The notes beneath the pieces are model-generated. The model had not been told where the DNA came from. It ran no database searches and was given only the letters and a program-made list of their open reading frames with translations. 49,494 nt of DNA from a virus, in the IMG/VR virus record IMGVR_UViG_3300044534_000145; one strand, written 5' to 3'. A program made the position numbers and the translations under genes. Below are positions 34,280 to 43,253 of the stretch, one piece after another (within the stretch, counting starts at the first letter, position 1; each line of letters opens with the position of its first letter).

Positions 34280-34749
34280 TTGTCTGCCCCCAATTGTCTT
34301 GTTCGTTCGTGCGATTGCACCGTATTTTGGGAGTTGATTTGATGTTGATAATTTGCAATTGTGCTACTTGCCGTCGATACTATAATTCCCAAAATATGAG
34401 CAATGGTTGCTGTGGGATAGCCGCGATTATAGAGCTCGACAACTTCCCGACGAATCTTGGCAGCTTCACGTGCTGACATATCCCCCATTTTGCGGGATCG
34501 GAAACTTAAAACCGGCTGTTCAGTCCGCTTAATAACGATTGCTTGCCATTCAGGTGAATCATCCGGAGCTTTAACCACTGATTTATAACGCTCCTCACAT
34601 CGTCGGACCAGGACCAATAATTCATCATAGAAGTGCTTATTGGCCCGATTATGATCATGGATAATTTTTTCATAGTTGCGAATTTTTAACTCTAGAAATT
34701 TACTCATAAGTTCAACCTCTCTAGCCCTGTTCATAATCGCCCAGGACAC
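34276..34749 (-). CDS. DNA-binding protein with a C-terminal HTH (sigma-70 region 4-like)
   Basis: ...REVVELYNRGYPTATIAHILGIIVSTASSTI... is HTH-like. Confidence 0.5.
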   Translation of the reverse strand: MSWAIMNRAREVELMSKFLELKIRNYEKIIHDHNRANKHFYDELLVLVRRCEERYKSVVKAPDDSPEWQAIVIKRTEQPVLSFRSRKMGDMSAREAAKIRREVVELYNRGYPTATIAHILGIIVSTASSTIANYQHQINSQNTVQSHERTRQLGADK

Positions 34750-34776
34750 CTATTTTCTGTCACGTAATTGCGATAC

Positions 34777-35166
34777 TCAATCTGTTCGTGTGTCATGCTG
34801 TGCCTCCAATAGTTCTGGGTTCGTATGCACATTACTAATGACTTCAATCTCATTAATATGGTCAATAACTAGCATCTCATTCCCAGTAGCCAAGTCTTCT
34901 CCAAGTATATAGCTATTACCATCCTCCATAATAACTTGTGAAATTTTAGGTTGAGCATACTTATAGCTAGACTTAACAATGTCGCCCTCGTAAATTTCCT
35001 TGCCATTAATATCTTTTAGGCCGGTAGACCGCTCTACGATATACTCATCTGGTGAAATAATAGCATGCACCAAAATACTACTAGCTGTTCCATGTACCAT
35101 TTCTTGCATTGGCCCTTTAGGCCCAAACGGCATATGCCATGCTCTAAATTTAATCTCTCTGCTCAT
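34777..35166 (-). CDS. YopX-family protein, paralog 2
   Basis: MSREIKFRAW, STGLKDINGKEIYEGDIV, ISNVHTNPELLE. Confidence 0.85.
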   Translation of the reverse strand: MSREIKFRAWHMPFGPKGPMQEMVHGTASSILVHAIISPDEYIVERSTGLKDINGKEIYEGDIVKSSYKYAQPKISQVIMEDGNSYILGEDLATGNEMLVIDHINEIEVISNVHTNPELLEAQHDTRTD

Positions 35167-35183
35167 TTGTCTTCCTCCAGCAA

Positions 35184-35516
35184 TTATTCTCTATCGTGTA
35201 TGTTGGCTATAATGTCACAATCCATATGTTCTTCACTTAAATCGTAAACGAGTCCCAAATAATCGTTATCCAATTCGAATTTTCCTTCATCGAAAATAAC
35301 TTGATAAGGTGTATCATCTGGATCAAGTGATACCAAATCATTTTCATAAATTTTGTCACCATTTGCATCTTTTAAGCCTGTGTATTGTTCAATCTCAAAA
35401 TTAGGACTAGCTAATAAATCTCCAAAACAGGTGTTGTTCATCCATATGTTTTGCGCATTATTAAGATATTTTTTGCCACGTTTATCCCATGCTCTAAATT
35501 TAATCTCTCTGTTCAT
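35184..35516 (-). CDS. YopX-family protein, paralog 3
   Basis: MNREIKFRAWD, QYTGLKDANGDKIYENDLV, IIANIHD. Confidence 0.85.
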   Translation of the reverse strand: MNREIKFRAWDKRGKKYLNNAQNIWMNNTCFGDLLASPNFEIEQYTGLKDANGDKIYENDLVSLDPDDTPYQVIFDEGKFELDNDYLGLVYDLSEEHMDCDIIANIHDRE

Positions 35517-35528
35517 TTGTCTTCCTCC

Positions 35529-35954
35529 CTAATATTCCTCAAATATGCCGTTCTTAGCGTCATACTCGGCGATTACTACCGGTACTCGATACTTAGCCAT
35601 GAACATCTTCATACGCAAGACAGACGCTCTGGTTAACGTTGCACGATCGCCTTTCACATCCACCACGCTGACCAATTTACCGTGCTCGTATATGCTGAAA
35701 TCTGGCGTATAGGTGCAGCCACGGACATGCTTCCTAGGATTTTGTAGATCGAAACTTGGTAAGATCTCAAACTTCTCATGAATTTTAAAATCCAATTTCA
35801 AGTTCTTCAAGTGCAGGTAGTACGCACCCTCGGCCTTGCTATCAAATTGGTAACCATCAATACTCATTTTGTGGGCGTTGAACTTATTGCCCTTTCTTGG
35901 CAATTTAATTGCCGACTTAGGTGGCTCTTGGACACCTGTGGGATAGTTTGTCAT
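35529..35954 (-). CDS. DUF1064-like PD-(D/E)xK nuclease (putative resolvase)
   Basis: FDSKAEGAYY...YTPDFSIYE...VVDVKG pattern. Confidence 0.65.
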   Translation of the reverse strand: MTNYPTGVQEPPKSAIKLPRKGNKFNAHKMSIDGYQFDSKAEGAYYLHLKNLKLDFKIHEKFEILPSFDLQNPRKHVRGCTYTPDFSIYEHGKLVSVVDVKGDRATLTRASVLRMKMFMAKYRVPVVIAEYDAKNGIFEEY

Positions 35955-36650
35955 TTAGATCATCCCTTCATCAATTTCGTTCATCCGTTTCTGGGTCATA
36001 ACCCCTAATTTGATAAGATCCTCCGGCTTCAATTTGGTCGGTCTAACGTGAAATTTTTGGCTAAACGCTTCTGCGCCAATTGTGTGAAACTCGGTATGAT
36101 GTTCGCGACACAAAGCCATAAACCGATGTTGCCGATGATCAGCCAACTTGCGGGTTTCCGTCCCCACTGCATCCCAATGATGAATGTCAGCGTGCTCACG
36201 GCCACAGATGGCACAAACCCGGTGGCGGCAACATTCGTACTGGTAATAAGCTTCATCCTTGGGCAGTAGCTCATAGCCTTTCTTAAACGGCACATGCCAC
36301 TCAAACATGAAGTCAATCACTAAGTCGAGCAGCTGATTGGCGTCGCTGACAGACGATTTAGTGGCGTCTGACAGGCTAATGGACTTCCCGGCAGTATAAA
36401 ACTGATATTGCGTGTAAAACATCATCTTCAAGAAATCCGGTGGCACCACGTAGTAAGTGGCAATATCATTTAGCAAAGCGAAAAATAAACGTCGCTGTTG
36501 AATTCTAGCTCTACGAGGATCAGCGAACTCAAAGTCAACCCATATCTTATCCAAATGTCCATTAATAGTTTCCAAATGGTCCAAATTGGGTTCTTGACTC
36601 AGGTGAACAATTAAATCTCTACCCTTTAATTTTGCTAAAGCCCGTTGCAT
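35955..36650 (-). CDS. HNH-type nuclease domain protein (HNHc_6-like)
   Basis: CCRHRVCAICGREHADIHHWDAVG...ALCREHHTEFH Cys/His cluster. Confidence 0.65.
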   Translation of the reverse strand: MQRALAKLKGRDLIVHLSQEPNLDHLETINGHLDKIWVDFEFADPRRARIQQRRLFFALLNDIATYYVVPPDFLKMMFYTQYQFYTAGKSISLSDATKSSVSDANQLLDLVIDFMFEWHVPFKKGYELLPKDEAYYQYECCRHRVCAICGREHADIHHWDAVGTETRKLADHRQHRFMALCREHHTEFHTIGAEAFSQKFHVRPTKLKPEDLIKLGVMTQKRMNEIDEGMI

Positions 36651-36683
36651 TTGCTCACCTCTATTTCTGGTTATTTTTGCATT

Positions 36684-36776
36684 TCACGTTGTTTTTCCAG
36701 GAGCGGTTCTAATTTCACCATCGGTGCTCGCTTGATAAATGCCTTCGTAGTTTGGAATATTTTTCCATTTAGTCAA
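36684..36776 (-). pseudogene. Truncated NUMOD4-only remnant of an HNH homing endonuclease
   Basis: MTKWKNIPNYEGIYQASTDGEIRTAPGKTT* carries the NUMOD4 motif (compare [20 protein letters not shown] in the intact gene at 41175-41750) but stops after 30 aa. Confidence 0.55.
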
Positions 36777-36787
36777 AGTAAGCACCT

Positions 36788-37195
36788 TCAATCAAAAGGG
36801 AGGTCGTCATCTGATATGTCCAACGCATCACCATTTTTATCAAAAGGATCATTTTTACTGTTTGTCTGCTTTGCTGTTGATTCATTACGAAACTCAGGTA
36901 AATCAAAATCATTTACAGCCAACTGAAGCTGAGTATGTTCACGATTATCACGCCCAGTCCAAGTGTTTAACGACCATTCGCCAGCCACTGTCACTTGATT
37001 GGCCTTATGGAAATATTGCTGAATCGTAGAAGCACGTTTACCAAACACCGTACAGTTAACATAATCTACTCCGTAATCGCCCTGCTCATTTTTACGATTC
37101 TGACGCACTGCCAGTGAGAACTTAGCCATTTGATACTTACCATCTTTTATTTCTGGATCACGGGTTAAGCGCCCACTGATCTGCATTTGTCGCAT
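36788..37195 (-). CDS. ssb: Single-stranded DNA-binding protein
   Basis: OB-fold N-terminus (ISGRLTRDPE...) and acidic tail DISDDDLPFD. Confidence 0.9.
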   Translation of the reverse strand: MRQMQISGRLTRDPEIKDGKYQMAKFSLAVRQNRKNEQGDYGVDYVNCTVFGKRASTIQQYFHKANQVTVAGEWSLNTWTGRDNREHTQLQLAVNDFDLPEFRNESTAKQTNSKNDPFDKNGDALDISDDDLPFD

Positions 37196-37206
37196 TATCT
37201 TACCTC

Positions 37207-37614
37207 CTAGATAAATTGCTCAATGGCAACGTTATCTTTTATAAATTGTTGAATATTTTCAAGCCGCGTTACTTCCAACAATGCCCGTAGATCATCTAAA
37301 TCCGTTACAAAGTCCAGGTCATTGTATTTTTGCCTCAACCGGTCTTTAAAATAGTCCGCATCTTCAATAAATCGCCAGTGCTGCTCCTTCTCAACCATCG
37401 CCGCTTTGAGGGCTTTCCACATGAATTTCTGTTTGAGATCGCCAAACTTATCAACCTGCTTCTCAAATCCAGGCGTCTTTTTCAAGATTCGGACCCGATC
37501 GGCACACTGACGAGCAATATCTAAATAAGCATTCACAGCCGCCGTGACGTGCAACTTTTGTTCACGAAAGATTTTTTCTAATTCCTGTTGATTAAGCTGT
37601 TTGGTAGTCACCAT
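37207..37614 (-). CDS. Hypothetical 135-aa helical protein
   Basis: ORF with an RBS in the replication module. Confidence 0.5.
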   Translation of the reverse strand: MVTTKQLNQQELEKIFREQKLHVTAAVNAYLDIARQCADRVRILKKTPGFEKQVDKFGDLKQKFMWKALKAAMVEKEQHWRFIEDADYFKDRLRQKYNDLDFVTDLDDLRALLEVTRLENIQQFIKDNVAIEQFI

Positions 37615-38863
37615 TTTTCACCTCGACCATTCGTTGCGTGTCTCGTTCGAAATAGAGTTTGACCGTTCCTAATTCGCCATCCCGGTTCTTTTTAACCGAA
37701 CAATTTAAGACCGGTGAACCGTCCTCATCACACCACAGGAAAGCCACGATGTTGGCATCTTGTTCGATTGATCCGGTTTCCCGTAAGTCGCTTAGATATG
37801 GCTCTTTACTTTGCCGGGTATCGACCGCCCGATTTAACTGACTTAAAGCAATCAATGGGATATGGAGTTCCTGGGTTAGCTGCTTTAACCGTCTTGAGAC
37901 CTTTTCCAGGGCGTGTCGGGGGTCTAGCTTGAAATCATCCGACTCAACTAACTGAATATGGTCAACAATCGGCAAGTAGTTAGTCGCCCCGTATCTGGTC
38001 GCATGCTGCTGAATGACATGGGCGATCTGCTCAATGTTGACGATGCTGTCATTGCACAGAAAATTCAATCCGGCAATCGTTTGAATTGTGGCTCTGGCTT
38101 TTTCTTTCTGCTGATTATTCATGCGAACTGCCGGATTTTTCCAGTCATTCAATGGAATTTGTGACACCATTGAGTTAAGGCGGCGCATGTTCTGCTTAGC
38201 GCTCATTTCCAGGGAAAATAGTTCGACAGTTAAATTTTGATTGTCCAGCATTGCGTTTAAGGCTAGATTTAACGCGAACGAGGTTTTCCCAACCGATGGC
38301 CGAGCCCCAATAATTAAAAGCTGATCTGACCCCAAGCCACCGCCCAACAACCGATCGAGCTTAGGAAAACTCTTGATCCAGCTTTTAACCGGTTGCTCCA
38401 AGTCTCGCAATAGTTCATCAGTCACTTTCTGTTTGTCGATGGTGGCGTTATTGTCAGTCTGATTGGCCTCCTGATAGATTCCCAGTAAATGATTCACCGT
38501 AAATTCCCCTGGCTCTTTGACCACATTGGCAGCTGCGCCTTGTAAGCGACGCTTGTAATAATCTGCGCGAAGGGTCTTAAAGACTGCCGGATAATCATAC
38601 GGATCGGGTATCCGCGCAATATAAGCAAACAGATCCGAACAGTTTATTTTTTTGCCAAATGGGGTTTCCGTAAACTGAGCCTGAATTTCATCCGCGTTGG
38701 TATACCGGCCAAACCAATAATTGATGAAACTGGCCAATTCCCGTAGCTGGTTGTTACTGAACCATTTTTCCTCAACGTTAGTGCTTAGCACAATTTCCGG
38801 ATGCTCAACCATAATGTGAATGGCCTTTTTTTCGATGTCCGGGAGTTTATTTTGCGAATTCAA
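37592..38863 (-). CDS. DnaB-like replicative helicase
   Basis: Walker A GARPSVGKTSFALNLA. DnaB_C-type motifs (IVDHIQL, SQLNR, IEQDANIV). Confidence 0.88.
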   Translation of the reverse strand: MNSQNKLPDIEKKAIHIMVEHPEIVLSTNVEEKWFSNNQLRELASFINYWFGRYTNADEIQAQFTETPFGKKINCSDLFAYIARIPDPYDYPAVFKTLRADYYKRRLQGAAANVVKEPGEFTVNHLLGIYQEANQTDNNATIDKQKVTDELLRDLEQPVKSWIKSFPKLDRLLGGGLGSDQLLIIGARPSVGKTSFALNLALNAMLDNQNLTVELFSLEMSAKQNMRRLNSMVSQIPLNDWKNPAVRMNNQQKEKARATIQTIAGLNFLCNDSIVNIEQIAHVIQQHATRYGATNYLPIVDHIQLVESDDFKLDPRHALEKVSRRLKQLTQELHIPLIALSQLNRAVDTRQSKEPYLSDLRETGSIEQDANIVAFLWCDEDGSPVLNCSVKKNRDGELGTVKLYFERDTQRMVEVKNGDYQTA

Positions 38864-39732
38864 AAGACGTCCTCCTTTCGGAATCGTTCCGGATAAACCT
38901 GCCGTTCAACGGCTTCAAGCGTGATATCCGGGTACCTAGCTTGTAACGCTTGGGTTGCCTGCTGGGCATCATGATCGTGTGTACTAAACGCCTGCATGAT
39001 ATCAATCGAGCGTTGTTCAGCATCCGAATAGACTGGCTTCTTTAAAACCGGTGGTTCAGGGGAATCATCAGGGTAGTCATCTTCCCAGCGGGCTTGATTA
39101 AACCAGGTACTACCGTTTGGATAATACTTCTTGTCCTTTTGGTGTTTGATCAACTCAACAATTCCCGTTTGGATTTGTTTGTTGGTGACGCCTTTTTTGA
39201 TCGCCCGTTTGTAGGCATTGAAGGCTGGCTTCTTACCAGCTTTTTTCGGATACAGTTTCCACAGCTTCTCAAAATTGGATTCTAGCGAACCGTCATCGCG
39301 AGATGACTTTTCTTGATTCTTTTTTGTTTTGTTTAGTTTATGTTTATTTAATGCCACACTATTGCCTACACGGTTGTCTACACTACTGCCTACACTACTG
39401 TCTACACTGTTGCCCACACTATATGTAGACAAATCGCTGTAAAGCTTGGTAATACTGTATTCAGCGGCTTGGTTACCTTTGCGCGATTTCCAAGTAATTA
39501 ACCCTGCTTGCGCAAGTGCATTGCGTGATTTGAAGAAGTTCGAGGATTTAGATGAGTCTTTTATTCCAGCCTTTTGGCATAACACCGATGCGGCTACCGT
39601 AAATTTATCTGACCATGCTGTTTTATTGTTTATAGACATTAAGGCGTGCCATAAAGCAATTTCAGATGCGTTCAGTGGATTTATTTCGAGCCGATCATAG
39701 AATGCTTTGATCTGAATGATATAATTCATCAC
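38860..39732 (-). CDS. Replisome organizer / DnaD-domain replication initiator
   Basis: N-terminal organizer-like domain (FYDRLEINPLNASEIALWHAL). Embedded iterons. Upstream of the helicase. Confidence 0.7.
   Translation of the reverse strand: MMNYIIQIKAFYDRLEINPLNASEIALWHALMSINNKTAWSDKFTVAASVLCQKAGIKDSSKSSNFFKSRNALAQAGLITWKSRKGNQAAEYSITKLYSDLSTYSVGNSVDSSVGSSVDNRVGNSVALNKHKLNKTKKNQEKSSRDDGSLESNFEKLWKLYPKKAGKKPAFNAYKRAIKKGVTNKQIQTGIVELIKHQKDKKYYPNGSTWFNQARWEDDYPDDSPEPPVLKKPVYSDAEQRSIDIMQAFSTHDHDAQQATQALQARYPDITLEAVERQVYPERFRKEDVF
39353..39430. repeat. Iteron array (six tandem ~12-bp units plus one inverted half-unit); putative phage ori
   Basis: gccacactatt / gcctacacggtt / gtctacactact / gcctacactact / gtctacactgtt / gcccacactata, then tgtagac. 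An AT-rich tract lies at 39311-39352. Confidence 0.65.
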
Positions 39733-39779
39733 GAATCCTCCTTTCTTGAATAATTCCTACCCACCCACCCTGTATCTAA

Positions 39780-40487
39780 TTAACTATCCAAACCTGCAAA
39801 TGCTGCATCAGAATCTTTTTCGTTGGCTTGTTGAATCTCCATCAACTCCGTGTTAAGTTCCTTCTTTAGATAGCCAGCATCCTGGGCGGAGATGTTTTTG
39901 AAGCTCTTAACTTTGGCTTTGGCCATCGAGTTTTTAGCAACGACTTTCAAATCTTGGCTTGAATGCTGACTAACATCTTCCATAAGCTTCTTAATTTCGT
40001 CCGTCTGCGTTTTGGTTGCCGCCTTTGGTGTAGTTGCCTTTGTCGGCTTCCGTGCGCTGGTTGAGCGATTAGATCGGTTTGCTGGTTTATACTGCCCCTG
40101 GCTGGCAGCATTGCCGTCATCATCAATATCACTGGAAATCCCAAATGCGGCTGATAAGGAATATCGGCGCGCATACGTTTCTGCTGATCCATATCCCTGG
40201 GCATCATTTTTCGTAACTGGCACATAAGCCGGATCAAAAGCCATAAATTCGCCACTCTTGTGCAGAATGATGGTTGAGATGCCTACCCGACCATCTTCAG
40301 TGATCAGTGCTTGTGTGTAACTCAAGCCATCCGGTAAAGCCTCGTCAATTGATTTCTGAACGCCTTCCAAAGCAACGTAAGTAGATTTAAAAAAGGGGTT
40401 TTCCTTGTCCTTCTTCGGCTGCTTAACGTCCTTTCGAAAGGCATACATAGCAGCGGCAAGATTCTTAATTGAATCGCTCATTTTCAT
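39780..40487 (-). CDS. Erf-family single-strand annealing recombinase
   Basis: NPFFKSTYVALEGV...GYGSAETYARRYSLSAAFGI is an ERF signature. Confidence 0.85.
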   Translation of the reverse strand: MKMSDSIKNLAAAMYAFRKDVKQPKKDKENPFFKSTYVALEGVQKSIDEALPDGLSYTQALITEDGRVGISTIILHKSGEFMAFDPAYVPVTKNDAQGYGSAETYARRYSLSAAFGISSDIDDDGNAASQGQYKPANRSNRSTSARKPTKATTPKAATKTQTDEIKKLMEDVSQHSSQDLKVVAKNSMAKAKVKSFKNISAQDAGYLKKELNTELMEIQQANEKDSDAAFAGLDS

Positions 40488-40987
40488 TTGATGACCGCCT
40501 TTCTGTTAGGCTCCAAGTGTGCGCCCAAAACCTTTTCACCAGTTTTGAGTTTCTTGTAAATTTTGGTTTTGTTTGGTTTGTATGTTGTGACTACATCGAC
40601 ATAATCTGGGGAAAGCTTGCTAACATCTTCTACAACTGTTGATTGCCGGAAGCTTCTCATTGAAATCCGAAAGTGGGGTGTTTTTAAATTTTTGATTCCG
40701 GCCTGATCCATCGAATCAACGATGTAGTGATTTAATGATTTATTCTTGTTATCAACGGACTTTTTAGCTTGCTGAAGGAGCTTGATTTTCTTGGAATAGA
40801 AGTCACTGTCCTTTTGATTGGCGTCCATCCAAGAAGCGATGTGGTCGATTTTATCGGCCATTGAATCAGTCAAACTGTCTAACGTATCTTTTAATATTTC
40901 CGGATTAAGATCATCTCGGTTTTGCAAGTCATTGAAAATTGTTGCCATATCATAAAGACTTTGTGATTTTTTTAATTGATCCATCAT
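40484..40987 (-). CDS. Siphovirus Gp157-family protein
   Basis: Coiled-coil N-terminus, C-terminus ...TPHFRISMR..., position next to Erf. Confidence 0.6.
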   Translation of the reverse strand: MMDQLKKSQSLYDMATIFNDLQNRDDLNPEILKDTLDSLTDSMADKIDHIASWMDANQKDSDFYSKKIKLLQQAKKSVDNKNKSLNHYIVDSMDQAGIKNLKTPHFRISMRSFRQSTVVEDVSKLSPDYVDVVTTYKPNKTKIYKKLKTGEKVLGAHLEPNRKAVIK

Positions 40988-41178
40988 TAATCCTCCTCAT
41001 AAATTCCGGTCACTTCATAATCACTTAGCTTGTCCTTTTCTTTTCTGAGGTAAGTCATCAGTGCTCTTTTAACTTTCGGATCGCTTTCTTGGTCATAAGC
41101 CCGTTCCAATCCAGCAACTCGCAGTCGTGCGTATTTGACTGCTTTAATCCCATTCACCAGCTTGATTTTTAAACTCAT
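40987..41178 (-). CDS. Hypothetical 63-aa protein
   Basis: ATG 41178 follows GGAGGA and overlaps the HNH stop (ATGA). The track's longer start lacks an RBS. Confidence 0.5.
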   Translation of the reverse strand: MSLKIKLVNGIKAVKYARLRVAGLERAYDQESDPKVKRALMTYLRKEKDKLSDYEVTGIYEED

Positions 41179-41750
41179 TTTTCGTTTTCCTCCGTATAGT
41201 ACTGCCATCGATAGCCATGATGCTTATGGCTTTCATTCCTACAGCATTTTGAAACTTCACCCTGATTAAAACCGTTTCTTCCGGCTTCACGTGTTGATTT
41301 CCATATTTTTATTAATTTTCCGTCTAGTGTTAGCTGCTTAACCGGCTTAGACATCTTCGCTTTGGCTTTATCACTGATTTCTCGGCCTGTAAGACTTACT
41401 GACACTCTTTCAATGCGAGTACCAAACATTAAATTATATTTACAAGTGCACCACTCAAGATTGCTTACGCGGTTATCTGTTTTAATTTCATTCTTATGGT
41501 TGACCTGTGGCAGTCTTTTTGGATTATCAATAAATTCTTCAGCCACCAGGCGATGAACATATTTGCTATAAGAAACACCGTTTTTGAACAATCTTATTAA
41601 CAAATAACCATATCCAACCTTGTCAGGCTTAAGAACTCTCATGTTTTTGCTTTTAAAACTCCTGACGCGGCCAAAACTACTGACTTGATATCCCGGGAAA
41701 TCATTAATTTGCTTCCATTTTTCAGTCCCAGTCTCCGGCCTCGTATTCAT
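41175..41750 (-). CDS. Free-standing HNH homing endonuclease (NUMOD4 plus HNH)
   Basis: [20 protein letters not shown] (NUMOD4). [18 protein letters not shown] (HNH). ATG 41750 follows GGAGG. Confidence 0.85.
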   Translation of the reverse strand: MNTRPETGTEKWKQINDFPGYQVSSFGRVRSFKSKNMRVLKPDKVGYGYLLIRLFKNGVSYSKYVHRLVAEEFIDNPKRLPQVNHKNEIKTDNRVSNLEWCTCKYNLMFGTRIERVSVSLTGREISDKAKAKMSKPVKQLTLDGKLIKIWKSTREAGRNGFNQGEVSKCCRNESHKHHGYRWQYYTEENEK

Positions 41751-41844
41751 ACTTAAGCTCCTCCAGTTCTTCGTCTGTACCAGTTTCATACTCATCAGCC
41801 AATTCGTCGTAATAGGCATCTTCACCAGGGCTATCTGGATACAT
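41722..41844 (-). CDS. Possible 40-aa very acidic peptide
   Basis: [43 protein letters not shown] 8 nt after AGGGGG. Overlaps the HNH start. Confidence 0.35.
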   Translation of the reverse strand: MYPDSPGEDAYYDELADEYETGTDEELEELKYEYEAGDWD

Positions 41845-41984
41845 GTTTGATGCCCCCTAACAGCCATTGCAGGAATGCTCGTCTCGGTCTATACTTGACG
41901 TATAGAATGTTTTGACAACTGAACAACTTTTGCATAGTAGCATCTGACAGTGGCCGCTGTTGGGTGCTTTTTTCTGTGTCTTGA

Positions 41985-42221
41985 TTAAACATTTTCCATC
42001 AAACCTTCCTTTAATTCTTCGATACTCCCGATGCTTGGATCATCCAGCAGCTGTTGTAGCAATTCTTGAAGCTCATCTTTAGAAAAGTCATAGTGCTGTG
42101 AGACTTTAGCTAAGGTAAACAGCAAGTTCAAAACAATCTCATCTGGCTTCAAATTCTCAGATTTAAACTTTGAAGCAACGTTACTATTGAGATTGCTAAT
42201 TTCGATTTTTCCTGGTTTCAT
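41985..42221 (-). CDS. Hypothetical 78-aa protein
   Basis: RBS AAAGGAGGAAAA. Confidence 0.55.
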   Translation of the reverse strand: MKPGKIEISNLNSNVASKFKSENLKPDEIVLNLLFTLAKVSQHYDFSKDELQELLQQLLDDPSIGSIEELKEGLMENV

Positions 42222-42235
42222 GATGTTTTCCTCCT

Positions 42236-42361
42236 TTAGTCAAACCATTGTTTCCAGAAAGCCTTTGGATCTTTATGCCACTGATCGTACTGACCTTTTA
42301 GCCAGAACCCCAAAGCGCCTGCCAACAAAATTTGGATCCAAACCGGAATTGTAAGAATCAA
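42236..42361 (-). CDS. Possible 41-aa membrane peptide
   Basis: TTG after GGGGAG. MILTIPVWIQILLAGALGFWLKGQYDQWHKDPKAFWKQWFD. Confidence 0.35.
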   Translation of the reverse strand: MILTIPVWIQILLAGALGFWLKGQYDQWHKDPKAFWKQWFD

Positions 42362-42364
42362 TTT

Positions 42365-42664
42365 CTACATCTCCCCTGCAAATATCTGATGCCGCTTAAA
42401 ATACTTGATGCATTCTTCGCGGTTGTACTTTTTCTGATGCCCCTGAACAACGTGTGGACAGTCTGGATAGTACTTCTCGAAAGTCTTAGTGTCTTTACAT
42501 GCGAATACTTCTAAGGCTGCCTGAGCTTCAGTTAACGTTGCTTCGCGATACTTTTGATCAATTTGTTTGCTAACTTGATCGGTAATAACTGGAACTAATT
42601 GTTTGATAACCGCTTCAACGACATTTTTTGAATCCACATTGTCAAGATTGACCGTAACTTTCAT
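42365..42664 (-). CDS. Hypothetical protein (possibly DUF771 / excisionase-like)
   Basis: ATG 42664 follows AAGGAGGTG. The functional guess rests on size and position only. Confidence 0.4.
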   Translation of the reverse strand: MKVTVNLDNVDSKNVVEAVIKQLVPVITDQVSKQIDQKYREATLTEAQAALEVFACKDTKTFEKYYPDCPHVVQGHQKKYNREECIKYFKRHQIFAGEM

Positions 42665-43154
42665 AGGCGACACCTCCTTGCGGCTGATCAAGTACCCACT
42701 GATGTAGCAGTTTTCGAATCGATACCTTCATGCTGTTCTCACTACCGGTTTCTTCGCTTAGTTCTTGTAAGTAAGATTCAACAATCTTGATGTCTTGCTT
42801 AGTGATTTCGGCACTAGGTTTATTGAATATCAGCATCACCTGGTTATCTAAAGCCTTACGTTCAGATTCTTCCTTGCTAGTCTCAATGTAGCGGGTTTGT
42901 GGAATGTCAATGCTGACCTCATCGGGTGATAAAAGTTTTAGCCCGCACAAGTATTCCGCCACCTGATACCTAAAAAGGTCATCTTCTAAGTAATTCATCA
43001 CATCCAGCAACCGGTTTAGTGGTATATCTCGATCTCCCGTCAACCAATTCGTGATGTTTGATTTTGATAGATACATTTCGGCGGCAATCTGGGCCTGCGT
43101 ATATCCCGATCTCGTAATGGCATTTTTAAGTTCCTTCCTAATGTCTATTGCCAT
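42642..43154 (-). CDS. XRE-type HTH DNA-binding protein
   Basis: SGYTQAQIAAEMYLSKSNITNWLTG is HTH-like. Confidence 0.65.
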   Translation of the reverse strand: MAIDIRKELKNAITRSGYTQAQIAAEMYLSKSNITNWLTGDRDIPLNRLLDVMNYLEDDLFRYQVAEYLCGLKLLSPDEVSIDIPQTRYIETSKEESERKALDNQVMLIFNKPSAEITKQDIKIVESYLQELSEETGSENSMKVSIRKLLHQWVLDQPQGGVAYESYGQS

Positions 43155-43253
43155 GGTTAAACGCCTTCTTCTCTAATTTGTGTAATTTCAGTAATGCCGT
43201 TCATCCCCTAAAAAGGTACATTAAAAGTAGCAGAGGATTAATAACACTAGCCA

